NCBI GenBank assembly: GCA_016713305.1
Contig: JADJPK010000007.1
Location: forward strand, 197,829 to 261,828
Reading direction: 5' to 3'
Origin: Betaproteobacteria bacterium
Lineage (GTDB): Bacteria > Pseudomonadota > Gammaproteobacteria > Burkholderiales > Ga0077523
DNA: 64,000 nucleotides
Under the pieces are notes generated by a model that worked only from the letters and a program-made list of their open reading frames with translations, did no database searches and was not told the origin of the DNA. Of the stretch, positions 53,610 through 63,376 are shown in pieces (position 1 is the stretch's first letter; the number at the start of each line of letters is the position of its first letter). Position numbers and translations under genes: made by a program.

Positions 53610-55588
53610 CTAGACGTCGAACTCCTTGACGGCCCGCTTGAGTTCCGCCAGTTCGCTGCCGCTCGTTTCGCTGGCGTATCGCACACGGATGTAGAGGGAC
53701 TGGATAGCACCGAGCGCGGCCGCCTGGGCCGGGGTGAGCGAGGCGGCGATGCGAGCGACGTAGTCGCGCGGGCCCTCGTGCGGCTCGCGTCCCAGGCCTC
53801 GTCTGGAAAGCTTTCTGGATACGGTGTTCCAAGCGGACAGAGCCTGGTCGCGCACCTTGGGGCGGTGCCGGCGCAGAGCGATGAGCGTGAGCAAGGTGAT
53901 GACGATCGCAGTCGCGATGATGAGCATGAAGGCCACGCCTCGCCACGAGACCTGCCGCCCGGTGAGTTCCGACAGCATGGCCAGCTGACGTTCCTGGGTG
54001 TAACCCAGCACCCACTGGTTCCATCCGTTCGTCAGCGTGTCCACGGCGAACCGCATGCGCTTCAACCACTCGTTGTCCGCTCTCGCGAGCAGCGGCAGGG
54101 GATCGCTGGCGGGGACCGCGGCGGCCATGCCTGCTTCGATCCGTTGCGGCGACACGGCGGCCGTCGGGTCGACGCGAACCCAGCCCGATCCGTCGAGCCA
54201 CACTTCCGCCCAGGCGTGGGCGTCGGACTGGCGCACGATCATGTAACCGCCCACGGGGTTGAACACGCCCCCCTGATAGCCCGTCACGACCCGCGCAGGA
54301 ACGCCGGCGGCGCGCATCAGCACGACGAAGCTGGAGGCGAAATGCTCGCAGAATCCGCGCCGGTCCCGAACAGGAATTCGTCCACGCTGTGCGTGCCCAG
54401 CTCCGGCGGAACCAAGGTGTAGAAGAAGGGTTGCTCGCGGAACAGGGTCAGCGCCTGCCGGATGATCTCGTTCGGGTCGGAAGACTGTGCCCGCCAGGAT
54501 TCGGCGAGCTTTACGGCCTGCGGATTGAAGCTCGGAGGCAGCCGCAACGCGCGCGCGAGAATGCCCTGCGATTCGTTGAGGCTCATCCGGTAGTTCAGGT
54601 AGGAACTCATCGGGTAACGCACGCGCGTGCGGATGGGCCGCAGCGAGAGCAACTCGAAATCCGACGAGATGAGGCCATACTCGGGCCGGTCCGACGGGAT
54701 GTCGATGCCGAACATCCAGCGCATGTTGTGCGGCTCGAGCGTGACGTGATAGCGAAGCGGTTCTCCCGTGACACGTGCCTCGCGCCGGAAACTCATGCTG
54801 CCTTCGCCCACGCGCCACGTACGGCCGTCGAAGTCCCACATGACAGGACCGCGCCAGTAGAGCCGGGACGACTGCGGCGGGGGCGATTCGAACTCCACGC
54901 GGAAGGCCACGGCGTCCGAGAGACTGAGACTCGACAGGCTGCCGGGCGACATGGAGTCGGACAACCCCGACATGCCGCCGGTGGACGAGTGCGGCAGCGC
55001 CCAGAGCGGCCCTTGTATGCGCGGGAACAGCAGGAACAGCACCAGCATCACCGGCACCGCCTGGGCGAGCAGCAGTGCGGAATGGCGCAGCAATGCCGGG
55101 ATGGACCGGGGGCCTGCCTGCCGTTGCATGCCGATCAGATAGGCCGTGATCAGCCAGACACAGATCAGGAGATACAGACCCATCGTCAGGGCCTGCGAGT
55201 ACAGGAAGTTCGTGATGACGGCGAAGTAGCCCAGGAACACGACGACGTTCGCATCGCGCGCCGTGCGCAGTTCCATGAGCTTGAGGCACATCATGAGGAT
55301 CAGCAGGGCGACGGCGGCGTCGCGGCCGAACAGCATGCCGTAGGAGAGCCATGTGCCCGCAGCCGCGGCCAAGGCCAGCACCGCGAGCATCCAGGTCTTG
55401 GGGAGCCCATAGCCGCGCCAGGCAAAGGCCGCGCGCAGACCCATGGTGGCGACCGCCAACGCCGATATCCACAGCGGCACGCGCAGGGCGTGCGGGGCGA
55501 GCACGAGGGCGAGACATCCGATCAGGGATACCACGCGATGCGTCGTGAGCGCTTCGGCCTCCAGCAGTGCGGATTTGCGCTTTCTCAT
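53610..55588 (-). CDS. Transglutaminase-domain membrane protein (TgpA-like: DUF3488 + transglutaminase core + DUF4129-like tail); frame-disrupted as assembled (1 shift)
   Basis: The N-terminal polytopic part is in ORF 54317..55618, from ATG 55588 (MRKRKSALLEAEAL..). The C-terminal part is in ORF 53610..55625 (RRGFCEHFASSFVVLMRAAGVPARVVTGYQGG..DAHAWAEVW). The join ..DEFLFGT|RRGFCEH needs one extra C, corresponding to plus-strand GG at 54362-54363. The start overlaps the DUF58 stop (ATGA). Confidence 0.85.
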
Positions 55589-56544
55589 CGGCCGAACAGT
55601 GCCAGGACCTCGAGACACCGGTCACGCTGGGCCGGTCCGCTCGAACTGGGGATGTCCATGCCCGGAACGTGCAGCGAATAGGGCATTCCGGAGGAGTCGG
55701 CGCGCACCACCCAGGCCGCGAGGCGCGACAGCCGGCGTTCCGTATTGAAGTCCTGCGGGCAGTCGCGCCAGTCGAGCCGCAGCTGGGCGCGCGATGGTCC
55801 CCCGGAGAATTCCTTGGTGACGGGCATGTCGCGGCGGGCCATCGCCTTCCACGCGATCCGCTTCAGCGAGTCGCCACGCTGATAGTCGCGCAGACCGGCG
55901 AAGTCGTCTTCCCCGCCTGCGGATGCAGGACCCGACCCGGCCTGCGATACGAACGATGGCACCGGCGGGGCGCCCGTCTCCGGGCGCGGATAGACGAGCG
56001 CACGCTGGGAGAAGCGCAGATAGCTCCAGGCCCGGAAAAGTCCGAGCGGATAGCTGGTCGCGATTTCCATGCGGCCCGGTTCCAGCCAGCCGCGGGTCTG
56101 GGCGACCATCTCGACGAAGGATTCGGATTCGTCTCGCGCCGGCACGTTGGTGAACTGGGCGAACTCGTGGTTGCGGCGCAGACCGACTGCGAAGCGGGGA
56201 AGCTCGGTCGGGTTACGGATCGACACGCGGAAGCGGACGTGGTCGCCGGCGAACACGTTCTCCTGACGGCCCGGACGGATGTCCAGTCCCGCGAGGTTGC
56301 GCCACGTGTGCAGCAGACTCACCACACCCACGCCGGCCAAGAGAAACGTGAGCACGTAGCCCAGCCCGAGGTTGTAGTTGATCGACCCCAGCAGCATCAG
56401 TCCGAGCGTGAGACAGAACATGCCGCCCATGCGCGAAGGCAGGATGTAGACGCGGTTCTGGGTGAGCACGACCGGCTCGCGGCCTTCCCCGGGCGCCGGT
56501 TGCGGGCGGGGACGTGCGCGCAGCGAAAGAGAGGCGAACTTCAC
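55585..56544 (-). CDS. DUF58-domain protein (MoxR-system partner)
   Basis: 319 aa. Two N-terminal TM helices, then GEDDFAGLRDYQRGDSLKRIAWKA, which is typical of DUF58. Confidence 0.85.
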   Translation of the reverse strand: MKFASLSLRARPRPQPAPGEGREPVVLTQNRVYILPSRMGGMFCLTLGLMLLGSINYNLGLGYVLTFLLAGVGVVSLLHTWRNLAGLDIRPGRQENVFAGDHVRFRVSIRNPTELPRFAVGLRRNHEFAQFTNVPARDESESFVEMVAQTRGWLEPGRMEIATSYPLGLFRAWSYLRFSQRALVYPRPETGAPPVPSFVSQAGSGPASAGGEDDFAGLRDYQRGDSLKRIAWKAMARRDMPVTKEFSGGPSRAQLRLDWRDCPQDFNTERRLSRLAAWVVRADSSGMPYSLHVPGMDIPSSSGPAQRDRCLEVLALFGR

Positions 56545-56578
56545 GGACGGAGCCTGCGGCGCCGGCGGGGCGTGCCGG

Positions 56579-57496
56579 TCAGGGGATCGGTACCGAGGCG
56601 ATCACGCGGGCAGCCGCCTCGTCGCCCGTGCTCGCCGCGTTGGTGCTCGCCGCGATGAGCCGGTGGCCGGCCACGCTGGAAAAGACGGTCTGGACGTCCT
56701 CGGGCAGCACGGCCGTGCGGTTGTCCATGAATGCCCACGCCCGCGAGGCGTTGAGCAGCGCGAGACCGGCGCGTGGCGAGAGGCCGCTGGCGAACTCGGC
56801 CGAACGTCGCGTGTGCGCGAGGATGGCCTGGACGTAGTCCAGCAACGCAGGGGCCACGTGCACGGCGCGCGCCTGCTGCTGCAGCGAGATCAGCGATTTC
56901 GGGTCCAGGGCGGGTGACATGGCGGCGATCATGGCACGGCGTTCTTCCCCCGCAAGCAGGGCGCGTTCCGCGCTGGCATCCGGGTAGCCCAGGCGAATGC
57001 GCATCAGGAAGCGGTCGAGTTGCGATTCGGGCAGCGGGAAGGTCCCGACCTGATGCGAGGGATTCTGCGTGGCGATGACGAAGAAAGGTTCCGGCAGTCG
57101 CCGCGTCTGGCCCTCCACCGTGACCTGCTGCTCTTCCATGGCCTCCAGCAGGGCGCTCTGCGCCTTGGGCGTGGCACGGTTGACCTCGTCCGCCAGCACC
57201 ACCTGGGAAAAGACCGGGCCGGGATGGAACTCGAAGGTGCCGCTGTCCCGGTTGAACACGGACATGCCCAGGATGTCGGTCGGGAGCAGGTCGGCCGTGA
57301 ACTGGACTCGCTGGAAGTCGAGCCCCAGAACCTTGGCGAGCGCGTGGGCCAGCGTGGTCTTTCCCACGCCCGGCAGGTCCTCGATCAGTAGGTGGCCGCG
57401 TGCGAGGATGCAGGCGACGGTGAGTTTCAGCTGCTGCTGCTTGCCGAGGACGATGGCGCCTACGGCGTCGAGGATGGATTCGATTTCGCGAGTCAT
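56579..57496 (-). CDS. MoxR-family AAA+ ATPase
   Basis: 305 aa. Walker A LIEDLPGVGKTTLA, Walker B VVLADEVNRATPKAQSALLEAMEE, ATQNP. Confidence 0.92.
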   Translation of the reverse strand: MTREIESILDAVGAIVLGKQQQLKLTVACILARGHLLIEDLPGVGKTTLAHALAKVLGLDFQRVQFTADLLPTDILGMSVFNRDSGTFEFHPGPVFSQVVLADEVNRATPKAQSALLEAMEEQQVTVEGQTRRLPEPFFVIATQNPSHQVGTFPLPESQLDRFLMRIRLGYPDASAERALLAGEERRAMIAAMSPALDPKSLISLQQQARAVHVAPALLDYVQAILAHTRRSAEFASGLSPRAGLALLNASRAWAFMDNRTAVLPEDVQTVFSSVAGHRLIAASTNAASTGDEAAARVIASVPIP

Positions 57497-57760
57497 GGAA
57501 CGCTTCCGGGCTCCGGCGTGTTGTTGGTTGGGCGGATCGCGCGCGTCTTCTGGGGCCGGCCGGCTCCTGCCGCCGTCGCCCTCTGGAGCATTTGCGGGTC
57601 TTCGCCCCCGTTCTTTAGCGGAACCCGGATGTCATGAGCCATATCGGGGGCCTTGTCTGGAGCGTGGCATCAGGGCGGACGACGGAGGGGGAAGGCCGCC
57701 TCCGGATCACCTGCCCAATGACAACCCGGCGCACCGGATCGTTCGCGCGGCCAATGGGGG

Positions 57761-60484
57761 TCAAGCCGGTTTGGCAAGTCCACGCCATGTGGTGAGGTCA
57801 CGGCGCACGCGGCGCATGGAAGGATCGTCGGGGTCGGGTCCGACCTCGAAACCCAGGTCGGACATGAGATGGAGCATCCTGGTGTTGTGGCTCATCACGA
57901 AGCCGACCATCACTTCGAGGCCGCGGTCCCGGGCGGCTTCCATCAGCGCGGACATCAGCCGGCGGCCGATGCCCTTGCCGTGCCAGCCGTCCGCCACGGC
58001 GATGGCGAACTCGCAGGTGTGCTCCTCCGGCGTCATCACGTAGCGCGCGACCGCGATCTGTTCGTCGGGGACGCCGTCGTGTACCACCGCGATCAGGGCG
58101 AGTTCGCGGTCGTAGTCGATCTGCGTGAATCGCACGAGCATCCGCTCGGAGAGTTCGTTCATCGCGTTGACGAAGCGGAAGTAGCGGGACTCCTCCGAAA
58201 GCCCGCGCACGAAGGCCTGCTCCATTTCCGCGTCCTCCGGCCGGATGGCACGCACGGTCACGGAGCGCCCGTCCGGCCAGCTCCACTCCCGGGTCAAATG
58301 AGTGGGGTAGGGGCAGATGGCCATGTGTTCATAGCGGCCGCGGGACCGGGGGCCGGAACTCTTCACGACCATGCGCGCGTCGGCCACGACGGCCCCCGTT
58401 TCGTCCGCAATGAGCGGATTGATGTCCAGCGACTCGATGGCAGGAATCTCGCACACGAGTTCCGAGACTCGCAGCAGCGTCTCCTCGATGGCGCTCATGC
58501 TGGCGGCGGGCCAGCCTCGCCACGCATCGAGCGACCCGGCCACCCGCGTGCGGGCGATGAGCGCATGGGCCAGCATGCCGTTGAGAGGGGGCAGCGCCAC
58601 CGAGCGGTCCGCGACGATTTCCACTTCGCGGCCTCCCGCACCGAATGCGATGACCGGACCGAACACGGAATCCGTCGACACACCGATCATGAGTTCGCGC
58701 CCGTGCCGCTTGACGGCCATGGGTTCGACCGCCACGCCTTCGATGCGGGCTCCAGGTTGAGCCAGTTGCACGTCCTCGACGATGCGCTGGAAGGCCTCCC
58801 TGACCTGGCGACCGTCCTGGAGATTGAGCCACACACCGCCCACGTCCGACTTGTGCGTGATGTCGGGCGAGTTGACCTTGAGCGCCACGGGAAAGCCGAA
58901 CTGCTGGGCCGCCGTGATCGCCGCCACCGCATCCGTGGCAATGGCAACCGGTGCCACGGAGACGTGGAACGCCGCGAGCACCGCCTTGGTCTCCGATTCC
59001 GACAGCACGGTCCGCCCCTGGCCGATCGCGTTGTCGATGATCATCGTGGCGCCCTCGACGTCCGGTGACTTCTCCTGTATCGACAGCGGACCGGGCACCT
59101 GCATGAGCAGACGCTGGTTTTCGTAGAAGCCCGCAATCGCGGCGAACGCTTCCACCGCGGGTTCCGGGGACTGGAATGTCGGCAGCCGCTCGGCGTGCAG
59201 TGCCCGCAGCGGTTCGCGCACGCTCAGTTCCCCCATGAAGCATGCGATCACCGGCTTCGCGGCCCGTTCCGCGGCCTCCTTGACGATGCCGGCCACGGCG
59301 GCAGGGTCGCTCATGGCCTGTGGCGTGACGATGGCGAGGAGTCCGTCGACACCAGGGTCCTCCAGGCATGCGCCGATGGCGTGACGGTACAAGTCGGGTC
59401 GGGCATCTTCCATCAGATCGACCGGGTTGTCGCGCGACCAGTGTGGCGGCAGCTTGCGGTCCAGTTCCGCGATGGTCCCGGGCGACAGCGGGCCGACCGT
59501 GAGCCCCATGTCGGACGCGCGGTCCACCGCCATCACGCCCGGCCCGCCGCCGTTGGTGATCACGGCGAGCCGTCTGCCCACTGGACGATAGCGCGAAGAA
59601 AGATACTTGGCGGCTGCGAAGAGCTGCAGGAAGCCGGCCACCCGCACGGCGCCGCAGCGGCGAAGCACCGCGTCGAACGCCTCGTCGGGGCCTGCGAGTG
59701 CGCCAGTGTGCGTGGTGGCCGCTTTGGATCCGGCGGGGCCCCGGCCGCTCTTCAGCACGACCACGGGTTTGATGCGCGCGGCGGCCCGCAAGGCACTCGT
59801 GAAGCGGCGGGCGTGCTTCACACCTTCCACGTACATCACGATGCTTTCGGTCTCGAGGTCGAGCGTGAGGAAGTCCAGCGCCTCGGCAAACCCGACGTCC
59901 AGCTGATTACCGAGCGATACGACGCTCGAGAAGCCGACGCCGTCCGTGGCGGCACGATCGAGCACGGCGCTGGTGAGTCCGCCCGACTGCGAGAGAAGGG
60001 CGACGCTTCCACGCGCGACGGGGGCAAGCCCGAACGTGGCGTTCAATCCCGACGAGGGCCGTGCGATTCCCAGCGAATTGGGACCGAGCAGCCTGAGTCC
60101 CGACTTCTGCGCGGTCGCGCAGATTCGCGCGAGGATCCGGTTGTTGTCCGCCCTGTCGGTTCCCAGCCCGGCCGTCAGGATGGCAGCGGCGCCCGCACCG
60201 ATGGACGCCGCCTCGGTCACGATGTCGGGCAGCGTGTCCGCACGCGTGGCAATCACCACGAGATCGGGCTGTACGGGGAGATCGGCAAGACGCGGATAGC
60301 TCTTGAGTCCGGCCACCGTGGCATGGCGAGGATTCACCGGCAGGAGCGTGCCGCGGAAGGGACCGCCTCGCATCTGCCGCAGGACGGCTCCTCCCGCGGA
60401 CAGGACGTTGTCGCTGGCTCCGACCAGGGCAACGATCTCCGGCTCGAACAGGCGGGATAGCGGATGGCGGCGTGCGAACGGCAT
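57761..60484 (-). CDS. Pat/YfiQ-type protein lysine acetyltransferase (ADP-forming acyl-CoA synthetase-like domains + C-terminal GNAT)
   Basis: 907 aa. CoA-binding N-terminus (IVALVGAS), succinyl-CoA-ligase-like and ATP-grasp regions. C-terminal GNAT (EFAIAVADGWHGKGIGRRLMSALMEAARDRG). Confidence 0.88.
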   Translation of the reverse strand: MPFARRHPLSRLFEPEIVALVGASDNVLSAGGAVLRQMRGGPFRGTLLPVNPRHATVAGLKSYPRLADLPVQPDLVVIATRADTLPDIVTEAASIGAGAAAILTAGLGTDRADNNRILARICATAQKSGLRLLGPNSLGIARPSSGLNATFGLAPVARGSVALLSQSGGLTSAVLDRAATDGVGFSSVVSLGNQLDVGFAEALDFLTLDLETESIVMYVEGVKHARRFTSALRAAARIKPVVVLKSGRGPAGSKAATTHTGALAGPDEAFDAVLRRCGAVRVAGFLQLFAAAKYLSSRYRPVGRRLAVITNGGGPGVMAVDRASDMGLTVGPLSPGTIAELDRKLPPHWSRDNPVDLMEDARPDLYRHAIGACLEDPGVDGLLAIVTPQAMSDPAAVAGIVKEAAERAAKPVIACFMGELSVREPLRALHAERLPTFQSPEPAVEAFAAIAGFYENQRLLMQVPGPLSIQEKSPDVEGATMIIDNAIGQGRTVLSESETKAVLAAFHVSVAPVAIATDAVAAITAAQQFGFPVALKVNSPDITHKSDVGGVWLNLQDGRQVREAFQRIVEDVQLAQPGARIEGVAVEPMAVKRHGRELMIGVSTDSVFGPVIAFGAGGREVEIVADRSVALPPLNGMLAHALIARTRVAGSLDAWRGWPAASMSAIEETLLRVSELVCEIPAIESLDINPLIADETGAVVADARMVVKSSGPRSRGRYEHMAICPYPTHLTREWSWPDGRSVTVRAIRPEDAEMEQAFVRGLSEESRYFRFVNAMNELSERMLVRFTQIDYDRELALIAVVHDGVPDEQIAVARYVMTPEEHTCEFAIAVADGWHGKGIGRRLMSALMEAARDRGLEVMVGFVMSHNTRMLHLMSDLGFEVGPDPDDPSMRRVRRDLTTWRGLAKPA

Positions 60485-60731
60485 ACCGACATTCTAGGGA
60501 AGGTCCGGCAAACGTGCGCGGATCGATTGGCGGTCGCGAGGGGACGATGGCCGGGCGGGAGGCGAGGGCGAGATCGGGCCTCCGGCCGAGGCGGCCCGTG
60601 CTGCCGGGGCCCGCTTCGGACGGCTCCTTTCTCCTGGGGTGCACGGAAGCCCGCCCCGCGCGGATTCTGGCGGTCCCGATCCCAGCCGGGCATGCACGGC
60701 AGATTTTCCATTCAGCCTTGCGCCATTTGCC

Positions 60732-60758
60732 TAAAGTTCCCATCGGGCCATCCGAAAA
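60732..60758 (+). promoter_or_regulatory. Candidate sigma-28 promoter TAAAGTTC-N11-TCCGAAAA
   Basis: 7/8 match to TAAAGTTT, exact N11, and 6/8 match to GCCGATAA. Located 61 nt upstream of TTG 60819. Confidence 0.5.
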
Positions 60759-60818
60759 CCGTTCTTGCCGCATGTCCCGCAGAGGCCTGTTTCCGGCACA
60801 CCCACACGGAGGGTTCCC

Positions 60819-62546
60819 TTGAACGCCACGTTGTCCACGCCACCCAAGACCGTTTCTCGACGGGACCGCATCTTCCTGACGCCGGTGATCTTCACCGGTA
60901 CGCTGCTGCTGTTGCATGGGCTGACGTTGCTTGCCAGCTGGAGGGCCGTTTCCGATAGCCAGACGGCTCTTCTGCCGTCGCTTGCCTGCGCAGCCGCGTT
61001 GGTCGTGGGAGGCGGTTACCTGTGGTGGATCCGCCGTTCGTTGACGGCCCCGCTGACCGCCCTGAGCGAACACGTGCGCACTCTGAGCCAGGCGCGGGGC
61101 GATCTGTCCCGGCCGGTTCCCGAGGTGGGAGGATCGGCGCTCGAGCCGCTGGCCGAGGGCGTGACTGCGCTGCAGCAGCAGATCCGGACGATGGTCACCG
61201 ACACGCGGCAGATGAGCGTCAGCATCGCCATCGGGGCATGCCGCATGTCGAAGCTCATGCAGGGGACGGCGGACAGCGCGCGCGGCCAGGGCCAGCTGAC
61301 CGAGGTGATCTTCGAATCGAGCAACGAGGTGAGCGGTGCGATGGCCACGGTCAATCAGCACGCCCGGTCCATCGCCGGTTCGACGAGCACGAACCTCGAG
61401 GCGGCGCGGCACTCCTATGACGAGCTTCTGGGCGTGGTGGAATGCATCCAGGGCATCGGCGATCGGCTCAGCGCCTTCAACGGCACCGTGCAGGAATTGG
61501 CGACCACCTCCCGTTCCATACGCGACATCGGCGCGCTGATCAACGACATTTCCGATCAGACAAACCTCCTGGCCCTCAATGCGGCCATCGAAGCGGCCAG
61601 AGCCGGCGAGGTGGGACGAGGATTCGCGGTGGTTGCGGACGAAGTCCGGAAGCTCGCTGAAAAGGTCAAGTCCGCCACGGGCGTGATCGCGGAATCCACG
61701 TCCAACATGATCGACCTCGTGGAGAACACGCTCGTCGAGACGGGCAAGATCAACGACGACGCACAGGAGACCCGGCGCGTCGTCGAGAAGTCGTCACAGA
61801 ACTTCGAGACCATGGTGCGCGACTTCAACACCATGAGCGGCCAGCTCGAGGAGATCACGGGGGCGATCGTCCAGTTGGACGGCACCAATCAGGATGTTCA
61901 CTCGAAGGTGAGGGACATCCATGGGCTGTCGCGGGAAGTGACGCGACAGATGACCGATTCGCTCACGCAGTCGCGGGAGCTGCGGGATGCCACCGAGCGC
62001 GTCCAGGGTCTCGTGGCCAGATTCAGGCTGGGATCCAGTTCGTTCGACCGGATTTTCGACATCACGTCGAACTACCGGGACCGCATCGAGTCGTGGCTCG
62101 CGAAGGAATCCGAGTCGGGCCTCGATCTGTTCGACACGCAGTACCGCCAGATCCTCGACAGCGACCCGCCACGTTTCCACACGAACTACGACGAGCGCAT
62201 CGAGACGGGGCTGCGGCGTTATCTCGACGAGGTGCTGAGCGAGATGGAAGGGCTGCGCTACAGCTTCTGCGTGGATCGCAACGGGTACACGCCTTCGCAC
62301 AACACGAAGTTTTCCAGGCCGCTCACGGGCGACCGGGCGCAAGACCTTCTGCACAGCCGGGTGAAGCGCAAGTTCGACGATGACACCGGGCTTCGCGCTG
62401 CGCGCAACGAAGCCGACTCGCTGCTGCAGTCCTACATGCGGGACACCGGCGAACTCCTCGACGATCTGTCGATGCCCATCCGTATCCAGGGCCGGCACTG
62501 GGGTGCGCTGCGCGTGGGCTTCGACCCCGCGCTGCTGCTGAAATAG
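60819..62546 (+). CDS. Methyl-accepting chemotaxis protein with an additional ~170-aa C-terminal sensor-like domain
   Basis: ORF 60765..62546. Preferred start is TTG 60819, after GGAGGG and downstream of the sigma-28 candidate. Two TM helices, a HAMP-like region and tip [41 protein letters not shown]. After the MA domain comes ..[63 protein letters not shown]. Confidence 0.85.
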   Translation: MNATLSTPPKTVSRRDRIFLTPVIFTGTLLLLHGLTLLASWRAVSDSQTALLPSLACAAALVVGGGYLWWIRRSLTAPLTALSEHVRTLSQARGDLSRPVPEVGGSALEPLAEGVTALQQQIRTMVTDTRQMSVSIAIGACRMSKLMQGTADSARGQGQLTEVIFESSNEVSGAMATVNQHARSIAGSTSTNLEAARHSYDELLGVVECIQGIGDRLSAFNGTVQELATTSRSIRDIGALINDISDQTNLLALNAAIEAARAGEVGRGFAVVADEVRKLAEKVKSATGVIAESTSNMIDLVENTLVETGKINDDAQETRRVVEKSSQNFETMVRDFNTMSGQLEEITGAIVQLDGTNQDVHSKVRDIHGLSREVTRQMTDSLTQSRELRDATERVQGLVARFRLGSSSFDRIFDITSNYRDRIESWLAKESESGLDLFDTQYRQILDSDPPRFHTNYDERIETGLRRYLDEVLSEMEGLRYSFCVDRNGYTPSHNTKFSRPLTGDRAQDLLHSRVKRKFDDDTGLRAARNEADSLLQSYMRDTGELLDDLSMPIRIQGRHWGALRVGFDPALLLK

Positions 62547-62581
62547 ATGCGCCGCAGACCGCGACCGTTCCGGACTGGAGT

Positions 62582-63376
62582 TCAGTCCCGGCCGTAGGGT
62601 GAGCTGCCTTCCAATCGGAACAGTCGCGCGATGCAGACGAGGCCGAGCATTCCGCCGAGAACCGTGAGACCGAGGGCCGGCCAGGCGGTGGCGCCCAGGG
62701 TGTTCAACCGGGATATCTCCAGCACCGCGAAGTCGTAGAGGGCGTGACCGAGGGCCGGCCAAAGCAGTGACCGCGTGGCGATGGCCGCGAGCGCGAAGAT
62801 GGCTCCCATCAACGTGGTGATGCACATCTGCAGGACCGCAAGGTGCAGGGGTTCTCCGGCCACGACGTTCATCATGTGGAACGTCCCGAACAGGGCGGTC
62901 GAGATCAGGGCTCCGCGCTTCAGACCCAGGCGCCGGCACAGTGCGGCCATTACTACCCCCCGGAACAGCCACTCCTCGTTGATGCCCACCAGAACGGTGG
63001 TTCCCAGCACCCGGAGAGAACGGTGCACGTCCGTTCCCACGTTCGCTGGCAGGCTGGAGCGCACGCTGAACCAGGCCCCCGCGGCGGCAATGAGCAGGAT
63101 CAACAGGGGGAGCGCCCCGCTCGAGAATACGGGGGACGGGGCGTGTCAGCTGAGGTATCTGGCGGGAAACCAGGCGAGCGTAGCCACGAGAAGCAGCACG
63201 GCGACCTGAAGTTCCGTGGGAAAGTAGTGGAGGATGAACTCGGGGTCGGCGTACTTGTAGGGGGAACGGAGCGCACCCCAGACATAGAGCCCCAGCGCGG
63301 AGGCGGCGACCGCCAAGACACGCGGCAGGCTATCCAGGTGCCCTTGGCGCGGGACGTCGCGCACGGAAAGGGTCAC
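62582..63376 (-). pseudogene. CPBP-family intramembrane glutamic endopeptidase (CAAX protease-like) interrupted by an in-frame TGA
   Basis: ORF 62582..63103 carries the CPBP motifs (GINEEWLFRGV, FGTFHMMN, ALGHALYDF). In the same frame upstream, a hydrophobic N-terminal part (..LAVAASALGLYVWGAL..VAVLLLVATLAWFPARYLS) runs from GTG 63376 and ends at TGA 63148..63146. Confidence 0.6.

Noticed and set aside
63146-63148. In-frame TGA in the CPBP gene as a selenocysteine codon.
   Set aside because: The CPBP family is not known to use Sec. The position is in a non-catalytic loop between TM segments. I see no convincing SECIS-like hairpin immediately downstream.
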